The notes beneath the pieces are model-generated. The model saw only the letters and a list, made by a program, of their open reading frames with translations. It had not been told where the DNA came from and did no database searches. Position numbers and translations under genes: made by a program. This document shows, piece after piece, positions 47,654 through 57,207 of a stretch of DNA of 64,000 bases. Origin of the DNA: Armatimonadota bacterium (GTDB lineage: Bacteria > Armatimonadota > SYMT01); the NCBI GenBank assembly GCA_046292385.1, contig JBKBRF010000033.1, forward strand, positions 16,113-80,112. The letters run 5' to 3'. The stretch's first letter is position 1, and each line of letters opens with the position of its first letter.

Positions 47654-48247
47654 ATGCTTAACGCGTCCTTAGGATCGAAGTTGCGGAGAATCCGCTTGCT
47701 GGCCATGGATGTCGACGGCGTGCTGACCGACGGCCGCATCGGCTGGGCGGCCGACGCGGCGGGCGCGCTCACGGAGCTAAAGAGCTTCAACGTAAAGGAC
47801 GGCCTGGGGATCAGCGTGGCGCTGGCGGCCGGACTCCACGTGGCGTGGATCACCGGCCGTCTCTCCCCCATCGTGGAGCGGCGCGCCCGCGAGCTGAACG
47901 TCACCGAAGTCGTCCAGTGGGCGCGGAACAAGCGGACCGCCCTGGAGGAGCTCCGCGGCCGCCTCGGCCTGGGACGGGACGAAGTGCTCTACCTCGGCGA
48001 CGACCTGAACGACCTCCCCGCCTTCGACGCCGCCGGGGTCCGCGTGGCGGTCGCCGACGCCGTCGCCGACGTGCGCCGCAGCGCCGACTGGATTACCAAG
48101 ACCCCCGGCGGGCACGGGGCCGTGCGCGAGGTGGTGGAGGAGCTGCTGCAGTCCCGCGGCGAGTGGGAGCCGGCGGTGCAGGCGTTCCTCGCCCGCCTGG
48201 AGGAGGAGCAGCACCGCACGCCGCCGGGCACCGCCCCCGCGCAGTGA
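47654..48247 (+). CDS. kdsC: KDO-8-phosphate phosphatase (HAD family)
   Basis: DVDGVLTDG, FNVKDG, GDDLND, GGHGAVRE. Confidence 0.9.
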   Translation: MLNASLGSKLRRIRLLAMDVDGVLTDGRIGWAADAAGALTELKSFNVKDGLGISVALAAGLHVAWITGRLSPIVERRARELNVTEVVQWARNKRTALEELRGRLGLGRDEVLYLGDDLNDLPAFDAAGVRVAVADAVADVRRSADWITKTPGGHGAVREVVEELLQSRGEWEPAVQAFLARLEEEQHRTPPGTAPAQ

Positions 48248-48255
48248 ACTGCGGG

Positions 48256-48297
48256 CTAGGGTCTAGGGTCTAGGGTCTTGGGTCCAGGGATTAGGGG
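48256..48297. repeat. Heptamer tandem repeat (CTAGGGT)n
   Basis: About 6 degenerate units; related arrays at 51831-51863 (reverse) and 56638-56663. Confidence 0.75.
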
Positions 48298-48327
48298 CCG
48301 GACCGAGCTGGACGGCGAATTCGCCTT

Positions 48328-48990
48328 TCATCCGTCCAGCTCGGCCAGCACCGCCCGGGTGTGGGTCGCCACTTCCGGCGCGGCGTGCGCCAGTCGCTCC
48401 CGGAGAGCGCGCAGGTCGTCCGGCGTGTCGACGTCTCTCCATGGTGGAAGCAGCCGCACGCGCAGCCCGGCCGCAGCGGCGCGACTAAGCGTGAGCGCCA
48501 GGACCTCCGGGCCGCTCCACGGGATGTCGCGGAACAGCTCCGGATGCGGACCCCGGGCCGCGATCAGGTAGTAGCCGCCGTCGTCCGCGGGGCCGAGCAC
48601 CACTTCTGCCTCGCCCTCTTCCAGCAGCCGGAACGCCGCCTCGAGCCGCTCGGGTGAGAGGTCGGGGCTGTCACCCCCAACCACCACCGTCGGGAGTCCG
48701 GTCTCGTCGAACACGCGAAGCAGCCGGGTGCCGAGGTCGCCGTCCGCTTGAGGCTGGAGTGAGACGGGAAGTCCCTCCGCGAGAGGGAGCATTTGCTCGC
48801 GAGCGGCCGCCGGGGAGTAGCAGAGCCACGCCTCACGGTGAGGTAAGCGGGAGAAGGCGGCCAGCTCGTCCCGCAGGAAGGCAGCCGCCAGGGCAGCGGC
48901 GAACGCGGGGGCAAGCGGGGGAGAGAGGCGGGTCTTGACGGCGCCCGCGACCGGGGCCTTCGCCATCACGACCAGCCGGCGGCGGGGCAC
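48328..48990 (-). CDS. DUF2064/TIGR04282-like nucleotidyl/glycosyltransferase
   Basis: MAKAP..G.VKTRL, GDLG.RL, GGDSP, GPADDGGYYLI, DVDT.DDL. Confidence 0.88.
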   Translation of the reverse strand: MPRRRLVVMAKAPVAGAVKTRLSPPLAPAFAAALAAAFLRDELAAFSRLPHREAWLCYSPAAAREQMLPLAEGLPVSLQPQADGDLGTRLLRVFDETGLPTVVVGGDSPDLSPERLEAAFRLLEEGEAEVVLGPADDGGYYLIAARGPHPELFRDIPWSGPEVLALTLSRAAAAGLRVRLLPPWRDVDTPDDLRALRERLAHAAPEVATHTRAVLAELDG

Positions 48991-48998
48991 CGGCAGGG

Positions 48999-49364
48999 TT
49001 ATTCCTGCTCGATGCGGGCGAAGCGAAGGAACGGCGCCTCGCCGGGACCGGGCATCGCGTCGAAGAGGGCGCCGACGAAGCCTTCCGCGGCGGCCTGCCG
49101 CGCGCCGCGCCCGAACTCCTTGCGGTTGCGGGAGAAGAGCTGCGGATGCAGGCCCGCCTCGCGCGCGTCATCACAGCCGGCGATGTACGAGTGAACCGCG
49201 TCGAGTGAGGTGAAGAGCAGCAGGCACTCGCCGAGCGAGATCTCCGCGCTCCGCCACTCATCGCGGTGCGTCTGTACTCCCCAGAGGCAGTGGGCGAAGA
49301 TGGAAGACGGGATGCAACGTGTCGTCTGCATGAGAACGATCCTTCCGCGCGTGAGGCCCGTCAT
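48999..49364 (-). CDS. Hypothetical protein
   Basis: Protein-like ORF co-oriented between htrA-like and DUF2064 genes; start uncertain. Confidence 0.6.
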   Translation of the reverse strand: MTGLTRGRIVLMQTTRCIPSSIFAHCLWGVQTHRDEWRSAEISLGECLLLFTSLDAVHSYIAGCDDAREAGLHPQLFSRNRKEFGRGARQAAAEGFVGALFDAMPGPGEAPFLRFARIEQE

Positions 49365-49532
49365 TGCGCCCCAGCGGCGAGGATAGGCAGATTATATCCT
49401 TCCGCAGGAGCCTGCCGTCAGGCGATTGGACCAGGATGATACTGAACTCGATCGCCCGCCTTGCCGCTTTCCAGGGCAGAGACCAGGAGGCAGTTCGGGG
49501 ACATCCGGTTCCGCCTCCCGGTCGCAAAGCCA

Positions 49533-50681
49533 CTACCGCCGTCCCGGCATCTCCTCCGGCGGGGGCGCCTCGCCCAGCTCCACCGTTACCGTGCGCTGAC
49601 CCTCGCGGGAGCGCACCGTGAGCTGGAACCGGTCGCCCGGCATCTTGTTCCGCAGCGCCTGCCGGAGATCGCCAGCGTCTTTGATCTCCCGGTCGCCCGC
49701 CCGCACGATGATATCCTCCGACCGCAGGCCCGCGCGCTCCGCAGGACCGCCCGGCTGGACGTCCGCGATGATCGCGCCCTGCTTTACGGGAAGGTTGTAC
49801 TGCTCGGCGATCTGCTCCGTGAGCAGGGTGTAAGTGAGGCCCAGCCACGGCCGGATCACCCGCCCGTGCTGCAGGATGTCCTGGAGCACCTCCCGGGCCG
49901 TGTCGATCGGCACCGCAAAGCCGAGGCCGCCGCCGCCGTACGGGGGCGAGACGACCGCGGTGTTGATCCCGATCACCTGGCCCTGGCTGTTCACCAGCGG
50001 CCCCCCGGAGTTGCCGGGGTTGATCGAGGCGTCGGTCTGGACCATGTTGTCGAGCAGGCTGCCCTCACCCGGCAGCGTACGGTTCAGGGCGGAGACGATT
50101 CCCGCGGTCACCGTCCGCTCCAGCCCCAGCGGGTTCCCGATGGCGACCGCCAGCTGGCCCACGCGGAGGTCGTCCGAGCTGCCGAGCTCGGCCGCGGGGA
50201 GATCGCTTCCGGGGATCTTTACCACGGCGATGTCGACGGAGGGGTCCTGTCCCAGCACCGCTCCGTTCACTTCTCGACCGGTTGCCAGCGTCACCGTCAC
50301 CCGCTCTTGCCCCCGGACCACGTGGCTGTTGGTAAGCACGTAGCCGTTCTTAGTGACGATCAGCCCGGAGCCCATGCCGCGTTTATCGAGCGGCTGAATA
50401 CTGACCACGGAGGGCGTCACCTCCTGTGCCACTTCGACGATGCCGCCCTCTGCCTGCGTGCCGCCGAAGCTGGGAGGCGTCGCCCCGTCCTGCGCCGCCC
50501 CGGTCCGGCTCTCCGGCCAGACCGGCGGCTCCATGTTCCGCGGCGCGGGCGTGGTTACCCCGGCCCGCGGGCGGTTTTCCCGGCTCTGCATGTACGCGGG
50601 AATGGTAGCGCACCCGGCGAGGCTCGCCGCTCCCAGCGCCGCCGCTGCCAGTCCCAAACCCCTCACTACGCGCTGTCTCAT
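49533..50681 (-). CDS. HtrA/DegP-family protease with PDZ domain, probable lipoprotein
   Basis: LAGC lipobox; GSG, TNSHVV, DIAV, QTDASINPGNSGGPL; PDZ. Confidence 0.93.
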   Translation of the reverse strand: MRQRVVRGLGLAAAALGAASLAGCATIPAYMQSRENRPRAGVTTPAPRNMEPPVWPESRTGAAQDGATPPSFGGTQAEGGIVEVAQEVTPSVVSIQPLDKRGMGSGLIVTKNGYVLTNSHVVRGQERVTVTLATGREVNGAVLGQDPSVDIAVVKIPGSDLPAAELGSSDDLRVGQLAVAIGNPLGLERTVTAGIVSALNRTLPGEGSLLDNMVQTDASINPGNSGGPLVNSQGQVIGINTAVVSPPYGGGGLGFAVPIDTAREVLQDILQHGRVIRPWLGLTYTLLTEQIAEQYNLPVKQGAIIADVQPGGPAERAGLRSEDIIVRAGDREIKDAGDLRQALRNKMPGDRFQLTVRSREGQRTVTVELGEAPPPEEMPGRR

Positions 50682-50874
50682 ACTCCCTCCCGGTCCGCAA
50701 CGCCGTCTCACCGCCCCGATTTACCCGGCCGCTCTCCGGCTCGAAACGGCGGCGCCTGAAGCAGCGCTTACCGGGGAATGATCTTCCTGGGGAGGGAACG
50801 CTCTCGCGCCTCCGGCGGCGGGAACTACTCCGGAAAGCGGTCCGTCTAACGACCAGAAACCAGGCTGACGCGCC

Positions 50875-51732
50875 ATGCCCCCCGTCTACATCGTCTGCCA
50901 TCTCCTGCTCGCGGGACTCTGCGCGGTCGCGGCGCTGCGCCTGCCGCCGCACTCCGCGGCTCGTCGCCTGGCCGGAACGGTGCTCGTGCTCCTCACCACC
51001 GCCGGCCTCTTCGCGGAGCGGAGCGCGCACTGGACTGCCGGTGTGATGGCGCTGCGCTGGCCGGACGCGGTCTTTTTCACCAATCTCTCCCTGCCGCTTT
51101 CGGCCGTGCTGGTGGCGCTCCTGGCGCAGGCGGCGCGAGACCGCGGGTCACGGGTCCGAGCCGCCGTCCTGGGGGTCGGGCTGGTGGGGGTATCGCTCTG
51201 GAGCTATACCTGGTACTTCGCGCCGCTGCCGGACGGCCTGCACGGGGAGGTCGACGGCCGCGGCTTCTGCCCCCAGACCAGCTCCGATAGCTGCAGCGCC
51301 GCCGCGGCGACGATGCTGCTCGACCGGCACGGGGTTCCGTCCAACGAAGCGGAGATGGCGCAGCTCTGCCTCACTCGCTCCGGCCGGGGCACCACTCCGC
51401 TCGGCATGTTTCGCGGCCTCACCATCGCCGGAGGGGAGGCCGCGCTGCGACCGCGTCTGGTGCGCTTCGACCCGGAGACGCGGCTGCGCCAGCTGCGGCA
51501 GCCGGCGCTGGTCGGCGTAGGGCTGGCCCGCAACGCGCCCGCGGATCTGGTCGCCCGCATGGAGCAGTACGGCTGGGCTCCCGGCCTGCGCCACACGATC
51601 CTCGTCGAGCGCACCGACCCGGCGGGAGAGTGGATCGAAGTCTCCGATCCCACCAACGGCCCGGAGCGCTGGCCGACCCGGGACCTGGAGCACCTGTGGG
51701 ACGGCTACGCGCTGATCCTGGAGCCCAACTAG
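50875..51732 (+). CDS. Membrane-anchored peptidase C39-like protein
   Basis: About 4 TM helices, then QTSSDSCSAAAATMLL ... HTILV ... SDP. Confidence 0.75.
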   Translation: MPPVYIVCHLLLAGLCAVAALRLPPHSAARRLAGTVLVLLTTAGLFAERSAHWTAGVMALRWPDAVFFTNLSLPLSAVLVALLAQAARDRGSRVRAAVLGVGLVGVSLWSYTWYFAPLPDGLHGEVDGRGFCPQTSSDSCSAAAATMLLDRHGVPSNEAEMAQLCLTRSGRGTTPLGMFRGLTIAGGEAALRPRLVRFDPETRLRQLRQPALVGVGLARNAPADLVARMEQYGWAPGLRHTILVERTDPAGEWIEVSDPTNGPERWPTRDLEHLWDGYALILEPN

Positions 51733-51867
51733 CCGCCGCAGTGGCAACTGGCAGCCAGGACTGGTCGGGGAGAGGTTATGGGTGGGAGTAGGAGTAGCTG
51801 CACACGCAGGGCGCACCCTGACGCGCACAGACCTACACCCTACCCCCTAAACCCTAGACCCTTCATC

Positions 51868-52710
51868 CTAGCGAAGCGGGGTGAGCTCGACCTTGCGGAA
51901 GTAGATCTCCGCGCCCTCGGACTGGAAGATGATCTTGCCCTTGGTCAGGCTCGACTTCGTGCCCTTGTTGACCACCTTGCCGTTCACGATGTTGGTGATC
52001 GAGTCGCCGTCGCAGATCACTTCCACGCGGGTCCACTCTCCGTAAGGGCTCTCTACGTCCTGTTTGCCGCGGAAGCCGAGCACGTCCCGCCATTCCGGAT
52101 CGCGCCCGTACCAGTTGATGCGGCCGCCCTGGAACTCGCGCGCCGGCGCGGTCGGGTCGTAGATCGTCTCCCCGTCCCGGTCCTTGGACGCGGTGACGGT
52201 GAGCTTCGGCACGATCTGGTTGCCGTCCTTATCGTGGCCGCCCACCAGGATGAAGTCCCCGGTCCCGCCCTCGATGATCTGGCACTCCTGGGAGAGCATC
52301 CAGGGACCGTTGAAGTCCTTGCTGGTATTCCCGTCCGGCCCCTGGCAGTGCAGCAGGATGCCGCTGTCCCGCGTGGCGTTCTTGCGGCCGCCCCAGGTAG
52401 CGGGACCCCAGCGGTATTCCGTCACCAGGTGGTAGTTCTCGTACGGCTCCTTGGTGATGAAGGCGCCGAAGTGCTGGCCGCTCACCCGGATGGCGGGGGC
52501 GCCGTCGACCTGGTCGACCACGCTGAAGACGCGGTCCGGGTCCGAGTACTTGTGGCCCACCAGCCAGGTGTAGAAGTTGGTGAGATCTTTGCCGTTGAAG
52601 AGCTGGATCGTGTCGCGCTTCTGCGCGGCGGCGGGGGCGACGGCGGTGAGCGCCGCGGCCACGGCCAGGGCGAGCCCGGCGCCGATCCACCGGCGGGGAG
52701 TGCGGTTCAT
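51868..52710 (-). CDS. Secreted DUF1080 (3-keto-disaccharide hydrolase-like) protein
   Basis: LFNGKDL, YENYHL..EYRWG, DSGIL, GEWTRVE, QSEGAEIYFR. Confidence 0.9.
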   Translation of the reverse strand: MNRTPRRWIGAGLALAVAAALTAVAPAAAQKRDTIQLFNGKDLTNFYTWLVGHKYSDPDRVFSVVDQVDGAPAIRVSGQHFGAFITKEPYENYHLVTEYRWGPATWGGRKNATRDSGILLHCQGPDGNTSKDFNGPWMLSQECQIIEGGTGDFILVGGHDKDGNQIVPKLTVTASKDRDGETIYDPTAPAREFQGGRINWYGRDPEWRDVLGFRGKQDVESPYGEWTRVEVICDGDSITNIVNGKVVNKGTKSSLTKGKIIFQSEGAEIYFRKVELTPLR

Positions 52711-52960
52711 GGGAGCGTTCGTCCTGCGGGGAAAGCGGGGCCGACCATTCGACTCCGCTACTGAGTTCCCGATGTCGGGCTGCGGCTTTGCGGAGGTGAG
52801 TGGGGGAAAGGGAGAGCGAGCGAGCGGGAGAAGCCTTTCGCGTGGAGGTTTCTCCCACTCTCCAATTCGCCCACTCACCCACTCTGGGGCACCGGGAGAG
52901 GATTGCAGCCTGACGATCTACAGGGAAGTTCGCGTTCCCGCGCGCTGCTTCCTACTCGGA

Positions 52961-54088
52961 TCAGGCAAGCCCTTTCAGGAGCGCTACCACCGCTTCCACC
53001 TGGCGGCGCACCTCCTCCGGCTGGATCTGCGGCACCAGCTCTTCCAGCGCCTTGGAGGCAGCGTAGACCCCGTCGCGGACACGGTCGCCGCTGGCTCCGG
53101 GCGCCGGCTCGTCCGCGGAGCCCCAGAACGGGCTGTACGGCATGTCGCCGCGCTCCTGGGCGTTGTCCTCCGCGCGGCGGAGCAGCTCGCGGACCTGCCG
53201 CTCGTCCACTCCCCCACCGGCGCGCTCGATCTCCTCGTCGACGGCGCGGGTCCGCTCGAACGCCTCCGTGTCGCCGCCCTTGAGCGGGCTCTCCCACTCC
53301 CGCTCCCAGGGACGGGAGCCGCCGCTCTCTTCCACGAACGGATCGTCGCTGTTGGTGGTCGGCCCCGCCTCGATCGGCGCCACCGCCGGCGGGGTGGTGG
53401 GGTTGGCGGCTTTGGGGCGGGCCTTCGGATCGTTCAGGAGCCGGTTCAGCTCCGCGGAGGGGGTGGCCGGGTCGAGCATGCGGTCGACCAGCAGCTTCAG
53501 CTCCGCCCCGGTGAGCGGGTACGGCTGGCCGTCATCGTCGACCTTGCTCACCACCGCTTCCAGGAGACGCTCCCGCTGCTCCGGCCCCACGCGGTAGAGC
53601 GCGCGGACGTGCGCGGAGTTGATCACCTGGACGGTGGAGCCGAGCTTCTCCGAGAGCATCTCGTTGTACTGGTGCTCGCGGAGCGCCAGCGTCACCGCGC
53701 TCGGGCTCATCCCGAGCAGCCGCGCCACTTCTTCCCGCAGCTTGCCGTACTGGCTCACCAGCGCCACCGCCAGCGTGTTCCGCTCCGCGCGGGTCAGCGG
53801 CTGTCCGTGCGCCGCGTTCGCTACGCCCGCCTGCAGGCGGAGGTCCTCATCCGGAATCGGCTCCTCGTTCACCAGGAGCTGCTCCATCCCCAGGCGGATG
53901 GCGGCCTCCACGCGGTGGTAGCCGTCGATCACCACGTTGGTCTTCGCCTGGATCCGCGGAGGGGGCAGCGAGGGGAACGATTCCATGTATCGGATGACGG
54001 TCTCCTCGCAGAGACGCGCCCGGGGACTCAACTCGGGGAGCAGCACGAGGTCGGCGATCGGGACGACGCGCTGAGCGGGGACGGACAT
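52961..54088 (-). CDS. ParB/Srx-like N-terminal domain protein with HTH and acidic tail
   Basis: VIDGYHRVEAA, NAAHGQPLT..ER, EEVARLLGMSPSAV. Confidence 0.8.
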   Translation of the reverse strand: MSVPAQRVVPIADLVLLPELSPRARLCEETVIRYMESFPSLPPPRIQAKTNVVIDGYHRVEAAIRLGMEQLLVNEEPIPDEDLRLQAGVANAAHGQPLTRAERNTLAVALVSQYGKLREEVARLLGMSPSAVTLALREHQYNEMLSEKLGSTVQVINSAHVRALYRVGPEQRERLLEAVVSKVDDDGQPYPLTGAELKLLVDRMLDPATPSAELNRLLNDPKARPKAANPTTPPAVAPIEAGPTTNSDDPFVEESGGSRPWEREWESPLKGGDTEAFERTRAVDEEIERAGGGVDERQVRELLRRAEDNAQERGDMPYSPFWGSADEPAPGASGDRVRDGVYAASKALEELVPQIQPEEVRRQVEAVVALLKGLA

Positions 54089-54328
54089 CGGGGAACTACC
54101 TCCTGAGCGCCGGCAACGAGTTCCGGCAAGACACCGAAACCATTATCGGCTGCCGCCCCGCCGCGCGAACAGGCGTTCCGTATCCGAACGAGCGGACGCT
54201 TCCCGAGCAAGCCCGCCGGGGGAACCATACGCAGGCCGGCCGGCGCGAGTCGCCCCGGCTCCACCTACCGCCACTCCGTGCGCGCGCCGGGGGTCCCCTC
54301 GCGCCCTCAAGTGCGTCCGTACCGGCAG

Positions 54329-54760
54329 CTACATGCTGATCTCGGAGCGGCCGGTCTCGTCCAGGTGGAGGTCGCCGCGGCCCGGGTGCGGGTTGACGGT
54401 GAGCACCACGGCGCCGTCCGGGGACTCGATCTGGAGCGCGTCCCAGCCGACCGGGCCGGTCTTCCGCACCCAGATGGCGGTGGGGCGGCTCACCACGTGC
54501 CGGAACGACGCGGGGGAGCTGCCCACGGTATCGCCGCACTCGATGATGAGCTGGTCGACGCCGGCTTCCTCATCCAGCGTCACCGCCAGCAGCGGCTCCT
54601 CCTCGGAAAGGATCTGCGCCCCGGTCTCCGGCGCGCCCAGGATCTCCACCCGCACGGTGGTCTCGGCGTTCATCTCCGTGAACTGGTCCAGAAACTGTTC
54701 CCAGTCGCCTCGGGGAACGACTTCCGTCGTCGTCTGCGGCGTGTTCTCCGGCATGGCCAT
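54329..54760 (-). CDS. DUF5335-like protein
   Basis: W..FLD.F......VRVEIL....GAQ...PL..VT.D...H.V..P..I pattern. Confidence 0.7.
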   Translation of the reverse strand: MAMPENTPQTTTEVVPRGDWEQFLDQFTEMNAETTVRVEILGAPETGAQILSEEEPLLAVTLDEEAGVDQLIIECGDTVGSSPASFRHVVSRPTAIWVRKTGPVGWDALQIESPDGAVVLTVNPHPGRGDLHLDETGRSEISM

Positions 54761-55076
54761 GGCTTTCCTCCGCTGCGGGGATCACTGCTAGCCCGGATCA
54801 TTCACGAGGCCCGGGAGGAGTGTGGTCGAGGGCCGCGCAGGCCAGGAGGGAGGGCTCGGCCCGCAGCCCAGTTCCGGCACCGGGTGCTCGTGAATGATTC
54901 GGGCTAAGCCCAGGATAGCCGGGGGTCCGGCCCGTAAAACGCAGTCTCGAACACAGACCTCCGGTTCAATCACGCGGGAGGCGGGTAGCCACGTACTTGA
55001 AGAGGCATTCTCCCCATCCTTTCCAGGCTCGCGCCAGGCGCGCGAGCCGCTTCGCCTCCGACTTGAGGGACAGACG

Positions 55077-56246
55077 ATGAGCACACTGAACCGAAACGCG
55101 GCCCTGCTGCTGGGCGGCGCCGGCGTGGGCGGCGCGCTGATGTACCTGCTCGATCCCGACCGCGGCCGCCGCCGCCGCGCCTACCTGCGAGATCAGGCGG
55201 TCCACGCGGCCCACGCCGCCAGATCTGCGCTGGCGACCGGCTCCCGGGACCTGGCGAACCGCAGTCGCGGGGTCGTCTCGGAGGCGAGCGGAATGATCCG
55301 GGAGAAAGCGGTATCGGACGAAGTGCTGGTCGCGCGCGTCCGCGCGGAGATGGGACACGTCGTCTCCCACCCGCGAGCCCTGCACGTCGAGGCCCGCGAG
55401 GGGCGGGTGACGCTGAGCGGCCCGATCCTGCGGCGCGACCTCCCGGCGCTGCGCGCGCGGATCCACCGGGTCCGCGGTGTCCGCGAGGTGGTGGAGCAGC
55501 TCGAGGTGCACGACACTCCCGGCGACGTGCCGGCCCTGCAGGAGTCGCCCGGCGAGCATGGCTCCGGCGGCACCGAGATGTGGCTGCCCGCCACCCGCCT
55601 GCTGGCCGGGGCGGCCGGAGGGGCGCTGACCGCGTACGGCGTGGCGGCGGCGCGGCGTCGGGATCCGCTGGGAGTGCCGGCGGGGCTGCTGGGGGCGGGG
55701 CTGATGCTGCGGAGCATGACGAACCGCCCCCTGGGCGAGGCGCTCGCTCTGTCGGGCGCCTGCTGCTCCGGGGAGTTCCGGCAGTCGATGGAGATCCGGG
55801 CGCCCGCGGAAGAGGTCTACCGCTTCTGCTCCCGGCCGCAAAACGTTCCGCACTACATCTCGTACGTCAAGGACGTCCAGCGCCTGAGTGAGAACCGCGT
55901 GCGCTGGGTGCTGGCCGGGCCGGCGGGAATGACGCTGGAGCTGGACGAGCTGATGAGCGAGCCGGTCCCGGGCCGGCGCATGGAATGGCGCAGCGCGCCG
56001 GGCGCCATGATCTCGTTCGAAGGCTCCCTGGAGGTCCACCCCACCTCGGACCACAGCTGCCGCCTGGAGATGGAGATGCGCTACGGCCTCCCCGGCGGGC
56101 GCGTCACCGAAGCGCTGGCGAGCCTCTTCGGCGCCAGCCCGCAGCAGTGCATGCGCGGGGACCTGATGCGGCTGAAGTCGCTCCTCGAGACCGGTAAAGC
56201 CACCGTCGGCGGGCGAGAGGTCTACCGGGAAGAGATGGAGCCGTAG
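55077..56246 (+). CDS. BON-domain plus SRPBCC (START/cyclase) protein
   Basis: LMYLLDPDRGRRRRA, BON (D..L..RVR..G.VTLSG), C-terminal DLMRLKSLLETG. Confidence 0.85.
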   Translation: MSTLNRNAALLLGGAGVGGALMYLLDPDRGRRRRAYLRDQAVHAAHAARSALATGSRDLANRSRGVVSEASGMIREKAVSDEVLVARVRAEMGHVVSHPRALHVEAREGRVTLSGPILRRDLPALRARIHRVRGVREVVEQLEVHDTPGDVPALQESPGEHGSGGTEMWLPATRLLAGAAGGALTAYGVAAARRRDPLGVPAGLLGAGLMLRSMTNRPLGEALALSGACCSGEFRQSMEIRAPAEEVYRFCSRPQNVPHYISYVKDVQRLSENRVRWVLAGPAGMTLELDELMSEPVPGRRMEWRSAPGAMISFEGSLEVHPTSDHSCRLEMEMRYGLPGGRVTEALASLFGASPQQCMRGDLMRLKSLLETGKATVGGREVYREEMEP

Positions 56247-56259
56247 CCGGGATCGATGT

Positions 56260-56362
56260 CAGGCTGCAGGTCGGCAGGCTGGCAAGTTACAGGTTGCAAG
56301 CTCCGAGCCACCGCGTATCCGGGTTCGGCAACCTGCAACTTGCTAACCTGCCAACCTGCAAC
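56260..56362. repeat. Inverted pair of (CAGGTTG)n arrays
   Basis: Left array 56260-56300, right array (AACCTGC)n 56330-56362; between convergent ORFs. Confidence 0.75.
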
Positions 56363-56371
56363 AGCGAGAGC

Positions 56372-56590
56372 TCAGTCCCGCAGCATACCGAACTCTTCCG
56401 CGTAGTCATCCTGGGCCATGCGGTCGAACGGAAGCTGGTCCGGTGTCCAGGGGTGGTCCGTCGGCGGCTCCTCGCCGAGCTGCAGGGCGGCGACCAGGAG
56501 CTGGCAGCCGTCCATCCGCGTGTCCCGTGCCGCGTCGAGCGCGCGGGCCGCGTCCATCAACATCTCGTCCAGTTCGTCTCCAGGCCACAT
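56372..56590 (-). CDS. Small acidic hypothetical protein
   Basis: 72-aa ORF with protein-like composition. Confidence 0.5.
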   Translation of the reverse strand: MWPGDELDEMLMDAARALDAARDTRMDGCQLLVAALQLGEEPPTDHPWTPDQLPFDRMAQDDYAEEFGMLRD

Positions 56591-56637
56591 CGGCCCGTTT
56601 TGTCCGTCCCGCGCCGAAACGAAACCCCGATCTATCG

Positions 56638-57142
<505 letters not shown>

Positions 57143-57207
57143 CTCCGGAAGGCCTCGGAACGGCGTGATTTGCGCCGGGAGAGGACGGGGCGTATAATGC
57201 GCGCGGC

